Assembly (NCBI GenBank): GCA_001643675.2
Contig: LSRY02000020.1
Span: 1,364,001-1,428,000 of the forward strand
DNA from: Monocercomonoides exilis PA203
Taxonomy: Eukaryota > Protista > Preaxostyla
Direction of reading: 5' to 3'
Length of the DNA stretch: 64,000 nucleotides
Position 1 is the stretch's first letter. Every line of letters starts with the position of its first letter. The notes below the pieces were generated by a model. That model made no database searches. It was given only the letters and a program-made list of their open reading frames with translations, and was not told where the DNA came from. Both the position numbers and the translations under genes were made by a program. Below, one piece after another: positions 12,470 through 27,038 of the stretch.

Positions 12470-13549
12470 TTCTTTTTCATCTTTTTCATCTTATTCATTA
12501 TTTTTTCTCTTTTTTCTTTTTTCTTATTTTTATTTTTATTTTTATTTTTATTTTTATTTTTATTTCTATTTTTATTTCTATTTTTAATTTTCTTTTTTTT
12601 ATCTTTTTCTTTATCTCATTTTCTTTTCTTTTTTTCTTTCTTTCCTTTTTCTCTTTTTCTCTTTTTCTATTTCTCATTCATAGAACCTCTTCTCTTTTCT
12701 TTTCACACCTTCTCTTCTTTTCTCTTCACTTATTCATTCCTCTCCTCTTTTTCAATTCTCCTTTTCACTTTTTCCTCTTTCCCTTCACTTTCTATCCTGC
12801 CTTCATTATTAATTATTATTTTTCTTTAACTATCATTCCCCACATTCCCTTCTATTACCCATCTCAAATCAATTTCTTAATTGGAAATATACAAGATGAA
12901 TGAAAACAAAATGTTAAGAATACAAAATGAGAGAGAAAAAGAAAATCAGGGAGAAAGAGAAAAGAAAGTGCAAATGGATAGATGAATAAAGTGATGAACA
13001 AATGATCAATTAATTGAATGAATGAATAAAAAAAGAAAATAAGAAATCATCCAACGAACATTTGAGATAAAACATAATGAGAAACACAATGATGTGAAGC
13101 GATTTCAAAAGTGAAAGTGAAAGAGAAAGAGAAAGAGAAAGAGAAAGAAAAAGAGAAAGAAAAAGAAAAAGAAAAAGAAAAAGAAAAAGAAAAAGAGAAA
13201 ACAGTTCATGAGGGATTGAATAAATGTGAAATTGAATGGTTGAAAGAATTGTGAAATATTGATTGAATTGATAAAATGAATAATTGAGTGAGTGAGTGAG
13301 TGAGTGAGTGAATGAATGAATGAATGAACTTTGAAAGTGAAAGAGTGAGAGAGGATGAGAATGTGGGAAAGAAGGAATGAGGGAAAGAAAGGAGAAAAAG
13401 TGAAGTGGTAATTAAAAGAAAGTGGGAGGGTGTGAATGTGAATGTGTGAAAGAAAGGAGAAGAAAGTTATAGTTGAAGAGAAAGAGAAAGAGAAAGAAAT
13501 TGAAAAAGAGGGAGAAAGAAAAAGAAAGAAATAAAGAAATAAAGAAATA

Positions 13550-13601
<52 letters not shown>

Positions 13602-13664
13602 AAAGAAGGATAGATGGGGAAGATGGGGAAGATTATAAAAGGGATGGTTGAGGAAGTGTGTGTG

Positions 13665-13782
13665 AGCTACGGCCATAGTTGGTCATACGCACCGGATCCC
13701 TTCAGACCTCCGAAGTTAAGCGGCCAACGCTGGGTTAGTACTTGGATGGGTGACCGCCTGGAAAAACCCAGTGCTGTAGCTT
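13665..13782 (+). rRNA. 5S rRNA: 5S rRNA (left copy 11)
   Basis: Same sequence as copy 1. Confidence 0.97.
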
Positions 13783-13852
13783 TTCTTTTTCATCTTTTTC
13801 ATCTTATTCATTATTTTTTCTCTTTTTTTCTTTTTTCTTATTTTTATTTTTA

Positions 13853-13883
<31 letters not shown>

Positions 13884-14861
13884 TTTATTTCTATTTTTAA
13901 TTTTCTTTTTTTTATCTTTTCTTTATCTCATTTTCTTTTCTTTTTTTCTTTCTTTCCTTTTTCTCTTTTTCTCTTTTTCTATTTCTCATTCATAGAACCT
14001 CTTCTCTTTTCTTTTCACACCTTCTCTTCTTTTCTCTTCACTTATTCATTCCTCTCCTCTTTTTCAATTCTCCTTTTCACTTTTTCCTCTTTCCCTTCAC
14101 TTTCTATCCTGCCTTCATTATTAATTATTATTTTTCTTTAACTATCATTCCCCACATTCCCTTCTATTACCCATCTCAAATCAATTTCTTAATTGGAAAT
14201 ATACAAGATGAATGAAAACAAAATGTTAAGAATACAAAATGAGAGAGAAAAAGAAAATCAGGGAGAAAGAGAAAAGAAAGTGCAAATGGATAGATGAATA
14301 AAGTGATGAACAAATGATCAATTAATTGAATGAATGAATAAAAAAAGAAAATAAGAAATCATCCAACGAACATTTGAGATAAAACATAATGAGAAACACA
14401 ATGATGTGAAGCGATTTCAAAAGTGAAAGTGAAAGAGAAAGAGAAAGAGAAAGAGAAAGAAAAAGAGAAAGAAAAAGAAAAAGAAAAAGAAAAAGAAAAA
14501 GAAAAAGAGAAAACAGTTCATGAGGGATTGAATAAATGTGAAATTGAATGGTTGAAAGAATTGTGAAATATTGATTGAATTGATAAAATGAATAATTGAG
14601 TGAGTGAGTGAGTGAGTGAGTGAATGAATGAATGAATGAACTTTGAAAGTGAAAGAGTGAGAGAGGATGAGAATGTGGGAAAGAAGGAATGAGGGAAAGA
14701 AAGGAGAAAAAGTGAAGTGGTAATTAAAAGAAAGTGGGAGGGTGTGAATGTGAATGTGTGAAAGAAAGGAGAAGAAAGTTATAGTTGAAGAGAAAGAGAA
14801 AGAGAAAGAAATTGAAAAAGAGGGAGAAAGAAAAAGAAAGAAATAAAGAAATAAAGAAATA

Positions 14862-14909
<48 letters not shown>

Positions 14910-14972
14910 AAAGAAGGATAGATGGGGAAGATGGGGAAGATTATAAAAGGGATGGTTGAGGAAGTGTGTGTG

Positions 14973-15090
14973 AGCTACGGCCATAGTTGGTCATACGCAC
15001 CGGATCCCTTCAGACCTCCGAAGTTAAGCGGCCAACGCTGGGTTAGTACTTGGATGGGTGACCGCCTGGAAAAACCCAGTGCTGTAGCTT
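14973..15090 (+). rRNA. 5S rRNA: 5S rRNA (left copy 12)
   Basis: Same sequence as copy 1. Confidence 0.97.
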
Positions 15091-15170
15091 TTCTTTTCAT
15101 CTTTTTCATCTTATTCATTATTTTTTCTCTTTTTTCTTTTTTCTTATCTTTATTTTTATTTTTATTTTTA

Positions 15171-15201
<31 letters not shown>

Positions 15202-16172
15202 TTTATTTCTATTTTTAATTTTCTTTTTTTTTTATCTTTTTCTTTATCTCATTTTCTTTTCTTTTTTTCTTTCTTTCCTTTTTCTCTTTTTTCTCTTTTT
15301 CTATTTCTCATTCATAGAACCTCTTCTCTTTTCTTTTCACACCTTCTCTTCTTTTCTCTTCACTTATTCATTCCTCTCCTCTTTTCAATTCTCCTTTTCA
15401 CTTTTTCCTCTTTCCCTTCACTTTCTATCCTGCCTTCATTATTAATTATTATTTTTCTTTAACTATCATTCCCCACATTCCCTTCTATTACCCATCTCAA
15501 ATCAATTTCTTAATTGGAAATATACAAGATGAATGAAAACAAAATGTTAAGAATACAAAATGAGAGAGAAAAAGAAAATCAGGGAGAAAGAGAAAAGAAA
15601 GTGCAAATGGATAGATGAATAAAGTGATGAACAAATGATCAATTAATTGAATGAATGAATAAAAAAGAAAATAAGAAATCATCCAACGAACATTTGAGAT
15701 AAAACATAATGAGAAACACAATGATGTGAAGCGATTTCAAAAGTGAAAGTGAAAGAGAAAGAGAAAGAGAAAGAAAAGAAAAGAAAAAGAAAAAGAAAAA
15801 GAAAAAGAAAAAGAAAAAGAGAAAACAGTTCATGAGGGATTGAATAAATGTGAAATTGAATGGTTGAAAGAATTGTGAAATATTGATTGAATTGATAAAA
15901 TGAATAATTGAGTGAGTGAGTGAGTGAGTGAGTGAATGAATGAATGAATGAACTTTGAAAGTGAAAGAGTGAGAGAGGATGAGAATGTGGGAAAGAAGGA
16001 ATGAGGGAAAGAAAGGAGAAAAAGTGAAGTGGTAATTAAAAGAAAGTGGGAGGGTGTGAATGTGAATGTGTGAAAGAAAGGAGAAGAAAGTTATAGTTGA
16101 AGAGAAAGAGAAAGAGAAAGAAATTGAAAAGAGGGAGAAAGAAAAAGAAAGAAATAAAGAAATAAAGAAATA

Positions 16173-16216
<44 letters not shown>

Positions 16217-16279
16217 AAAGAAGGATAGATGGGGAAGATGGGGAAGATTATAAAAGGGATGGTTGAGGAAGTGTGTGTG

Positions 16280-16397
16280 AGCTACGGCCATAGTTGGTCA
16301 TACGCACCGGATCCCTTCAGACCTCCGAAGTTAAGCGGCCAACGCTGGGTTAGTACTTGGATGGGTGACCGCCTGGAAAAACCCAGTGCTGTAGCTT
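16280..16397 (+). rRNA. 5S rRNA: 5S rRNA (left copy 13)
   Basis: Same sequence as copy 1. Confidence 0.97.
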
Positions 16398-17503
16398 TTC
16401 TTTTTCATCTTTTTCATCTTATTCATTATTTTTTCTCTTTTTTCTTTTTTCTTATCTTTATTTTTATTTTTATTTTTATTTTTATTTTTATTTTTATTTT
16501 TATTTTTATTTCTATTTCTATTTTTATTTCTATTTTTAATTTTCTTTTTTTTATCTTTTTCTTTATCTCATTTTCTTTTCTTTTTTTCTTTCTTTCCTTT
16601 TTCTCTTTTTCTCTTTTTCTATTTCTCATTCATAGAACCTCTTCTCTTTTCTTTTCACACCTTCTCTTCTTTTCTCTTCACTTATTCATTCCTCTCCTCT
16701 TTTTCAATTCTCCTTTTCACTTTTTCCTCTTTCCCTTCACTTTCTATCCTGCCTTCATTATTAATTATTATTTTTCTTTAACTATCATTCCCCACATTCC
16801 CTTCTATTACCCATCTCAAATCAATTTCTTAATTGGAAATATACAAGATGAATGAAAACAAAATGTTAAGAATACAAAATGAGAGAGAAAAAGAAAATCA
16901 GGGAGAAAGAGAAAAGAAAGTGCAAATGGATAGATGAATAAAGTGATGAACAAATGATCAATTAATTGAATGAATGAATAAAAAAAGAAAATAAGAAATC
17001 ATCCAACGAACATTTGAGATAAAACATAATGAGAAACACAATGATGTGAAGCGATTTCAAAAGTGAAAGTGAAAGAGAAAGAGAAAGAGAAAGAGAAAGA
17101 AAAAGAGAAAAGAAAAAGAAAAAAGAAAAAGAAAAAGAAAAAGAAAAAGAGAAAACAGTTCATGAGGGATTGAATAAATGTGAAATTGAATGGTTGAAAG
17201 AATTGTGAAATATTGATTGAATTGATAAAATGAATAATTGAGTGAGTGAGTGAGTGAGTGAGTGAATGAATGAATGAATGAACTTTGAAAGTGAAAGAGT
17301 GAGAGAGGATGAGAATGTGGGAAAGAAGGAATGAGGGAAAGAAAGGAGAAAAAGTGAAGTGGTAATTAAAAGAAAGTGGGAGGGTGTGAATGTGAATGTG
17401 TGAAAGAAAGGAGAAGAAAGTTATAGTTGAAGAGAAAGAGAAAGAGAAAGAAATTGAAAAAGAGGGAGAAAGAAAAAGAAAGAAATAAAGAAATAAAGAA
17501 ATA

Positions 17504-17551
<48 letters not shown>

Positions 17552-17614
17552 AAAGAAGGATAGATGGGGAAGATGGGGAAGATTATAAAAGGGATGGTTG
17601 AGGAAGTGTGTGTG

Positions 17615-17732
17615 AGCTACGGCCATAGTTGGTCATACGCACCGGATCCCTTCAGACCTCCGAAGTTAAGCGGCCAACGCTGGGTTAGTACTTGGATGGG
17701 TGACCGCCTGGAAAAACCCAGTGCTGTAGCTT
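17615..17732 (+). rRNA. 5S rRNA: 5S rRNA (left copy 14)
   Basis: Same sequence as copy 1. Confidence 0.97.
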
Positions 17733-18924
17733 TTCTTTTCATCTTTTTCATCTTATTCATTATTTTTCTCTTTTTCTTTTTTCTTATCTTTATTTTTATT
17801 TTTATTTTTATTTTTATTTTTATTTTTATTTTTATTTTTATTTCTATTTCTATTTTTATTTCTATTTTTAATTTTCTTTTTTTATCTTTTTCTTTATCTC
17901 ATTTTTCTTTTCTTTTTTTCTTTCTTTCCTTTTTCTCTTTTTTCTCTTTTTCTATTTCTCATTCATAGAACCTCTTCTCTTTTCTTTTCACACCTTCTCT
18001 TCTTTTCTCTTCACTTATTCATTCCTCTCCTCTTTTCAATTCTCCTTTTCACTTTTTCCTCTTTCCCTTCACTTTCTATCCTGCCTTCATTATTAATTAT
18101 TATTTTTCTTTAACTATCATTCCCCACATTCCCTTCTATTACCCATCTCAAATCAATTTCTTAATTGGAAATATACAAGATGAATGAAAACAAAATGTTA
18201 AGAATACAAAATGAGAGAGAAAAAGAAAATCAGGGAGAAAGAGAAAAGAAAGTGCAAATGGATAGATGAATAAAGTGATGAACAAATGATCAATTAATTG
18301 AATGAATGAATAAAAAAAGAAAATAAGAAATCATCCAACGAACATTTGAGATAAAACATAATGAGAAACACAATGATGTGAAGCGATTTCAAAAGTGAAA
18401 GTGAAAGAGAAAGAGAAAGAGAAAGAGAAAGAAAAAGAGAAAGAAAAAGAAAAAGAAAAAGAAAAAGAAAAAGAAAAAGAGAAAACAGTTCATGAGGGAT
18501 TGAATAAATGTGAAATTGAATGGTTGAAAGAATTGTGAAATATTGATTGAATTGATAAAATGAATAATTGAGTGAGTGAGTGAGTGAGTGAGTGAATGAA
18601 TGAATGAATGAACTTTGAAAGTGAAAGAGTGAGAGAGGATGAGAATGTGGGAAAGAAGGAATGAGGGAAAGAAAGGAGAAAAAGTGAAGTGGTAATTAAA
18701 AGAAAGTGGGAGGGTGTGAATGTGAATGTGTGAAAGAAAGGAGAAGAAAGTTATAGTTGAAGAGAAAGAGAAAGAGAAAGAAATTGAAAAAGAGGGAGAA
18801 AGAAAAAGAAAGAAATAAAGAAATAAAGAAATAAAGAAAGAAAGAAAGAAAGAAAGAAAGAAAAGAAGGATAGATGGGGAAGATGGGGAAGATTATAAAA
18901 GGGATGGTTGAGGAAGTGTGTGTG

Positions 18925-19042
18925 AGCTACGGCCATAGTTGGTCATACGCACCGGATCCCTTCAGACCTCCGAAGTTAAGCGGCCAACGCTGGGTTAGTA
19001 CTTGGATGGGTGACCGCCTGGAAAAACCCAGTGCTGTAGCTT
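18925..19042 (+). rRNA. 5S rRNA: 5S rRNA (left copy 15)
   Basis: Same sequence as copy 1. Confidence 0.97.
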
Positions 19043-20153
19043 TTCTTTTTCATCTTTTTCATCTTATTCATTATTTTTTCTCTTTTTTCTTTTTTCTTAT
19101 CTTTATTTTTATTTTTATTTTTATTTTTATTTTTATTTTTATTTTTATTTTTATTTTTATTTCTATTTCTATTTTTATTTCTATTTTTAATTTTCTTTTT
19201 TTTATCTTTTTCTTTATCTCATTTTCTTTTCTTTTTTTCTTTCTTTCCTTTTTCTCTTTTTCTCTTTTTCTATTTCTCATTCATAGAACCTCTTCTCTTT
19301 TCTTTTCACACCTTCTCTTCTTTTCTCTTCACTTATTCATTCCTCTCCTCTTTTTCAATTCTCCTTTTCACTTTTTCCTCTTTCCCTTCACTTTCTATCC
19401 TGCCTTCATTATTAATTATTATTTTTCTTTAACTATCATTCCCCACATTCCCTTCTATTACCCATCTCAAATCAATTTCTTAATTGGAAATATACAAGAT
19501 GAATGAAAACAAAATGTTAAGAATACAAAATGAGAGAGAAAAAAGAAAATCAGGGAGAAAGAGAAAAGAAAGTGCAAATGGATAGATGAATAAAGTGATG
19601 AACAAATGATCAATTAATTGAATGAATGAATAAAAAAAGAAAATAAGAAATCATCCAACGAACATTTGAGATAAAACATAATGAGAAACACAATGATGTG
19701 AAGCGATTTCAAAAGTGAAAGTGAAAGAGAAAGAGAAAGAGAAAGAGAAAGAAAAAGAGAAAGAAAAAGAAAAAGAAAAAGAAAAAGAAAAAGAAAAAGA
19801 GAAAACAGTTCATGAGGGATTGAATAAATGTGAAATTGAATGGTTGAAAGAATTGTGAAATATTGATTGAATTGATAAAATGAATAATTGAGTGAGTGAG
19901 TGAGTGAGTGAGTGAATGAATGAATGAATGAACTTTGAAAGTGAAAGAGTGAGAGAGGATGAGAATGTGGGAAAGAAGGAATGAGGGAAAGAAAGGAGAA
20001 AAAGTGAAGTGGTAATTAAAAGAAAGTGGGAGGGTGTGAATGTGAATGTGTGAAAGAAAGGAGAAGAAAGTTATAGTTGAAGAGAAAGAGAAAGAGAAAG
20101 AAATTGAAAAAGAGGGAGAAAGAAAAAGAAAGAAATAAAGAAATAAAGAAATA

Positions 20154-20197
<44 letters not shown>

Positions 20198-20260
20198 AAA
20201 GAAGGATAGATGGGGAAGATGGGGAAGATTATAAAAGGGATGGTTGAGGAAGTGTGTGTG

Positions 20261-20378
20261 AGCTACGGCCATAGTTGGTCATACGCACCGGATCCCTTCA
20301 GACCTCCGAAGTTAAGCGGCCAACGCTGGGTTAGTACTTGGATGGGTGACCGCCTGGAAAAACCCAGTGCTGTAGCTT
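20261..20378 (+). rRNA. 5S rRNA: 5S rRNA (left copy 16)
   Basis: Same sequence as copy 1. Confidence 0.97.
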
Positions 20379-21482
20379 TTCTTTTTCATCTTTTTCATCT
20401 TATTCATTATTTTTTCTCTTTTTTCTTTTTTCTTATCTTTATTTTTATTTTTATTTTTATTTTTATTTTTATTTTTATTTTTATTTTTATTTCTATTTCT
20501 ATTTTTATTTCTATTTTTAATTTTCTTTTTTTTATCTTTTTCTTTATCTCATTTTCTTTTCTTTTTTTCTTTCTTTCCTTTTTCTCTTTTTCTCTTTTTC
20601 TATTTCTCATTCATAGAACCTCTTCTCTTTTCTTTTCACACCTTCTCTTCTTTTCTCTTCACTTATTCATTCCTCTCCTCTTTTTCAATTCTCCTTTTCA
20701 CTTTTTCCTCTTTCCCTTCACTTTCTATCCTGCCTTCATTATTAATTATTATTTTTCTTTAACTATCATTCCCCACATTCCCTTCTATTACCCATCTCAA
20801 ATCAATTTCTTAATTGGAAATATACAAGATGAATGAAAACAAAATGTTAAGAATACAAAATGAGAGAGAAAAAGAAAATCAGGGAGAAAGAGAAAAGAAA
20901 GTGCAAATGGATAGATGAATAAAGTGATGAACAAATGATCAATTAATTGAATGAATGAATAAAAAAAGAAAATAAGAAATCATCCAACGAACATTTGAGA
21001 TAAAACATAATGAGAAACACAATGATGTGAAGCGATTTCAAAAGTGAAAGTGAAAGAGAAAGAGAAAGAGAAAGAGAAAGAAAAAGAGAAAGAAAAAGAA
21101 AAAGAAAAAGAAAAAGAAAAAGAAAAAGAGAAAACAGTTCATGAGGGATTGAATAAATGTGAAATTGAATGGTTGAAAGAATTGTGAAATATTGATTGAA
21201 TTGATAAAATGAATAATTGAGTGAGTGAGTGAGTGAGTGAGTGAATGAATGAATGAATGAACTTTGAAAGTGAAAGAGTGAGAGAGGATGAGAATGTGGG
21301 AAAGAAGGAATGAGGGAAAGAAAGGAGAAAAAGTGAAGTGGTAATTAAAAGAAAGTGGGAGGGTGTGAATGTGAATGTGTGAAAGAAAGGAGAAGAAAGT
21401 TATAGTTGAAGAGAAAGAGAAAGAGAAAGAAATTGAAAAAGAGGGAGAAAGAAAAAGAAAGAAATAAAGAAATAAAGAAATA

Positions 21483-21530
<48 letters not shown>

Positions 21531-21593
21531 AAAGAAGGATAGATGGGGAAGATGGGGAAGATTATAAAAGGGATGGTTGAGGAAGTGTGTGTG

Positions 21594-21711
21594 AGCTACG
21601 GCCATAGTTGGTCATACGCACCGGATCCCTTCAGACCTCCGAAGTTAAGCGGCCAACGCTGGGTTAGTACTTGGATGGGTGACCGCCTGGAAAAACCCAG
21701 TGCTGTAGCTT
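21594..21711 (+). rRNA. 5S rRNA: 5S rRNA (left copy 17)
   Basis: Same sequence as copy 1. Confidence 0.97.
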
Positions 21712-22813
21712 TTCTTTTTCATCTTTTTCATCTTATTCATTATTTTTTCTCTTTTTTCTTTTTTCTTATCTTTATTTTTATTTTTATTTTTATTTTTATT
21801 TTTATTTTTATTTTTATTTTTATTTCTATTTCTATTTTTATTTCTATTTTTAATTTTCTTTTTTTATCTTTTTCTTTATCTCATTTTTCTTTTTTCTTTT
21901 TTCTTTCCTTTTTTCTCTTTTTCTCTTTTTCTATTTCTCATTCATAGAACCTCTTCTCTTTTCTTTTCACACCTTCTCTTCTTTTCTCTTCACTTATTCA
22001 TTCCTCTCCTCTTTTTCAATTCTCCTTTTCACTTTTTCCTCTTTCCCTTCACTTTCTATCCTGCCTTCATTATTAATTATTATTTTTCTTTAACTATCAT
22101 TCCCCACATTCCCTTCTATTACCCATCTCAAATCAATTTCTTAATTGGAAATATACAAGATGAATGAAAACAAAATGTTAAGAATACAAAATGAGAGAGA
22201 AAAAGAAAAATCAGGGAGAAAGAGAAAAGAAAGTGCAAATGGATAGATGAATAAAGTGATGAACAAATGATCAATTAATTGAATGAATGAATAAAAAAGA
22301 AAATAAGAAATCATCCAACGAACATTTGAGATAAAACATAATGAGAAACACAATGATGTGAAGCGATTTCAAAAGTGAAAGTGAAAGAGAAAGAGAAAGA
22401 GAAAGAGAAAGAAAAAGAGAAAGAAAAAGAAAAAGAAAAAGAAAAAGAAAAAGAAAAAGAGAAAACAGTTCATGAGGGATTGAATAAATGTGAAATTGAA
22501 TGGTTGAAAGAATTGTGAAATATTGATTGAATTGATAAAATGAATAATTGAGTGAGTGAGTGAGTGAGTGAGTGAATGAATGAATGAATGAACTTTGAAA
22601 GTGAAAGAGTGAGAGAGGATGAGAATGTGGGAAAGAAGGAATGAGGGAAAGAAAGGAGAAAAAGTGAAGTGGTAATTAAAAGAAAGTGGGAGGGTGTGAA
22701 TGTGAATGTGTGAAAGAAAGGAGAAGAAAGTTATAGTTGAAGAGAAAGAGAAAGAGAAAGAAATTGAAAAAGAGGGAGAAAGAAAAAGAAAGAAATAAAG
22801 AAATAAAGAAATA

Positions 22814-22861
<48 letters not shown>

Positions 22862-22924
22862 AAAGAAGGATAGATGGGGAAGATGGGGAAGATTATAAAA
22901 GGGATGGTTGAGGAAGTGTGTGTG

Positions 22925-23042
22925 AGCTACGGCCATAGTTGGTCATACGCACCGGATCCCTTCAGACCTCCGAAGTTAAGCGGCCAACGCTGGGTTAGTA
23001 CTTGGATGGGTGACCGCCTGGAAAAACCCAGTGCTGTAGCTT
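22925..23042 (+). rRNA. 5S rRNA: 5S rRNA (left copy 18)
   Basis: Same sequence as copy 1. Confidence 0.97.
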
Positions 23043-24140
23043 TTCTTTTTCATCTTTTTCATCTTATTCATTATTTTTTCTCTTTTTTCTTTTTTCTTAT
23101 CTTTATTTTTATTTTTATTTTTATTTTTATTTTTATTTTTATTTTTATTTTTATTTCTATTTTTATTTCTATTTTTAATTTTCTTTTTTTTATCTTTTTC
23201 TTTATCTCATTTTCTTTTCTTTTTTTCTTTCTTTCCTTTTTCTCTTTTTCTCTTTTTCTATTTCTCATTCATAGAACCTCTTCTCTTTTCTTTTCACACC
23301 TTCTCTTCTTTTCTCTTCACTTATTCATTCCTCTCCTCTTTTTCAATTCTCCTTTTCACTTTTTCCTCTTTCCCTTCACTTTCTATCCTGCCTTCATTAT
23401 TAATTATTATTTTTCTTTAACTATCATTCCCCACATTCCCTTCTATTACCCATCTCAAATCAATTTCTTAATTGGAAATATACAAGATGAATGAAAACAA
23501 AATGTTAAGAATACAAAATGAGAGAGAAAAAGAAAATCAGGGAGAAAGAGAAAAGAAAGTGCAAATGGATAGATGAATAAAGTGATGAACAAATGATCAA
23601 TTAATTGAATGAATGAATAAAAAAAGAAAATAAGAAATCATCCAACGAACATTTGAGATAAAACATAATGAGAAACACAATGATGTGAAGCGATTTCAAA
23701 AGTGAAAGTGAAAGAGAAAGAGAAAGAGAAAGAGAAAGAAAAAGAGAAAGAAAAAGAAAAAGAAAAAGAAAAAGAAAAAGAAAAAGAGAAAACAGTTCAT
23801 GAGGGATTGAATAAATGTGAAATTGAATGGTTGAAAGAATTGTGAAATATTGATTGAATTGATAAAATGAATAATTGAGTGAGTGAGTGAGTGAGTGAGT
23901 GAATGAATGAATGAATGAACTTTGAAAGTGAAAGAGTGAGAGAGGATGAGAATGTGGGAAAGAAGGAATGAGGGAAAGAAAGGAGAAAAAGTGAAGTGGT
24001 AATTAAAAGAAAGTGGGAGGGTGTGAATGTGAATGTGTGAAAGAAAGGAGAAGAAAGTTATAGTTGAAGAGAAAGAGAAAGAGAAAGAAATTGAAAAAGA
24101 GGGAGAAAGAAAAAGAAAGAAATAAAGAAATAAAGAAATA

Positions 24141-24188
<48 letters not shown>

Positions 24189-24251
24189 AAAGAAGGATAG
24201 ATGGGGAAGATGGGGAAGATTATAAAAGGGATGGTTGAGGAAGTGTGTGTG

Positions 24252-24369
24252 AGCTACGGCCATAGTTGGTCATACGCACCGGATCCCTTCAGACCTCCGA
24301 AGTTAAGCGGCCAACGCTGGGTTAGTACTTGGATGGGTGACCGCCTGGAAAAACCCAGTGCTGTAGCTT
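24252..24369 (+). rRNA. 5S rRNA: 5S rRNA (left copy 19)
   Basis: Same sequence as copy 1. Confidence 0.97.
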
Positions 24370-25475
24370 TTCTTTTTCATCTTTTTCATCTTATTCATTA
24401 TTTTTTCTCTTTTTTCTTTTTTCTTATCTTTATTTTTATTTTTATTTTTATTTTTATTTTTATTTTTATTTTTATTTTTATTTCTATTTCTATTTTTATT
24501 TCTATTTTTAATTTTCTTTTTTTTATCTTTTTCTTTATCTCATTTTCTTTTCTTTTTTTCTTTCTTTCCTTTTTCTCTTTTTCTCTTTTTCTATTTCTCA
24601 TTCATAGAACCTCTTCTCTTTTCTTTTCACACCTTCTCTTCTTTTCTCTTCACTTATTCATTCCTCTCCTCTTTTTCAATTCTCCTTTTCACTTTTTCCT
24701 CTTTCCCTTCACTTTCTATCCTGCCTTCATTATTAATTATTATTTTTCTTTAACTATCATTCCCCACATTCCCTTCTATTACCCATCTCAAATCAATTTC
24801 TTAATTGGAAATATACAAGATGAATGAAAACAAAATGTTAAGAATACAAAATGAGAGAGAAAAAGAAAATCAGGGAGAAAGAGAAAAGAAAGTGCAAATG
24901 GATAGATGAATAAAGTGATGAACAAATGATCAATTAATTGAATGAATGAATAAAAAAAGAAAATAAGAAATCATCCAACGAACATTTGAGATAAAACATA
25001 ATGAGAAACACAATGATGTGAAGCGATTTCAAAAGTGAAAGAGAAAGAGAAAGAGAAAGAGAAAGAGAAAGAAAAAGAGAAAGAAAAAGAAAAGAAAAAA
25101 GAAAAAAGAAAAAAGAAAAAGAGAAAACAGTTCATGAGGGATTGAATAAATGTGAAATTGAATGGTTGAAAGAATTGTGAAATATTGATTGAATTGATAA
25201 AATGAATAATTGAGTGAGTGAGTGAGTGAGTGAGTGAATGAATGAATGAATGAACTTTGAAAGTGAAAGAGTGAGAGAGGATGAGAATGTGGGAAAGAAG
25301 GAATGAGGGAAAGAAAGGAGAAAAAGTGAAGTGGTAATTAAAAGAAAGTGGGAGGGTGTGAATGTGAATGTGTGAAAGAAAGGAGAAGAAAGTTATAGTT
25401 GAAGAGAAAGAGAAAGAGAAAGAAATTGAAAAAGAGGGAGAAAGAAAAAGAAAGAAATAAAGAAATAAAGAAATA

Positions 25476-25519
<44 letters not shown>

Positions 25520-25583
25520 AAAAGAAGGATAGATGGGGAAGATGGGGAAGATTATAAAAGGGATGGTTGAGGAAGTGTGTGTG

Positions 25584-25701
25584 AGCTACGGCCATAGTTG
25601 GTCATACGCACCGGATCCCTTCAGACCTCCGAAGTTAAGCGGCCAACGCTGGGTTAGTACTTGGATGGGTGACCGCCTGGAAAAACCCAGTGCTGTAGCT
25701 T
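25584..25701 (+). rRNA. 5S rRNA: 5S rRNA (left copy 20)
   Basis: Same sequence as copy 1. Confidence 0.97.
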
Positions 25702-26813
25702 TTCTTTTTCATCTTTTTCATCTTATTCATTATTTTTTCTCTTTTTTTCTTTTTTCTTATCTTTATTTTTATTTTTATTTTTATTTTTATTTTTATTTTT
25801 ATTTTTATTTTTATTTCTATTTCTATTTTTATTTCTATTTTTAATTTTCTTTTTTTTATCTTTTTCTTTATCTCATTTTTCTTTTCTTTTTTTTCTTTCT
25901 TTCCTTTTTTCTCTTTTTCTCTTTTTCTATTTCTCATTCATAGAACCTCTTCTCTTTTCTTTTCACACCTTCTCTTCTTTTCTCTTCACTTATTCATTCC
26001 TCTCCTCTTTTTCAATTCTCCTTTTCACTTTTTCCTCTTTCCCTTCACTTTCTATCCTGCCTTCATTATTAATTATTATTTTTCTTTAACTATCATTCCC
26101 CACATTCCCTTCTATTACCCATCTCAAATCAATTTCTTAATTGGAAATATACAAGATGAATGAAAACAAAATGTTAAGAATACAAAATGAGAGAGAAAAA
26201 AGAAAAATCAGGGAGAAAGAGAAAAGAAAGTGCAAATGGATAGATGAATAAAGTGATGAACAAATGATCAATTAATTGAATGAATGAATAAAAAAAGAAA
26301 ATAAGAAATCATCCAACGAACATTTGAGATAAAACATAATGAGAAACACAATGATGTGAAGCGATTTCAAAAGTGAAAGTGAAAGAGAAAGAGAAAGAGA
26401 AAGAGAAAGAAAAAGAGAAAAGAAAAAAGAAAAAGAAAAAGAAAAAGAAAAAGAAAAAGAGAAAACAGTTCATGAGGGATTGAATAAATGTGAAATTGAA
26501 TGGTTGAAAGAATTGTGAAATATTGATTGAATTGATAAAATGAATAATTGAGTGAGTGAGTGAGTGAGTGAGTGAATGAATGAATGAATGAACTTTGAAA
26601 GTGAAAGAGTGAGAGAGGATGAGAATGTGGGAAAGAAGGAATGAGGGAAAGAAAGGAGAAAAAGTGAAGTGGTAATTAAAAGAAAGTGGGAGGGTGTGAA
26701 TGTGAATGTGTGAAAGAAAGGAGAAGAAAGTTATAGTTGAAGAGAAAGAGAAAGAGAAAGAAATTGAAAAAGAGGGAGAAAGAAAAAGAAAGAAATAAAG
26801 AAATAAAGAAATA

Positions 26814-26857
<44 letters not shown>

Positions 26858-26920
26858 AAAGAAGGATAGATGGGGAAGATGGGGAAGATTATAAAAGGGA
26901 TGGTTGAGGAAGTGTGTGTG

Positions 26921-27038
26921 AGCTACGGCCATAGTTGGTCATACGCACCGGATCCCTTCAGACCTCCGAAGTTAAGCGGCCAACGCTGGGTTAGTACTTG
27001 GATGGGTGACCGCCTGGAAAAACCCAGTGCTGTAGCTT
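26921..27038 (+). rRNA. 5S rRNA: 5S rRNA (left copy 21, innermost; class-A upstream flank, class-B downstream flank)
   Basis: Gene identical to copy 1. Its 3' flank differs from the other left copies and matches the right array. Confidence 0.97.
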
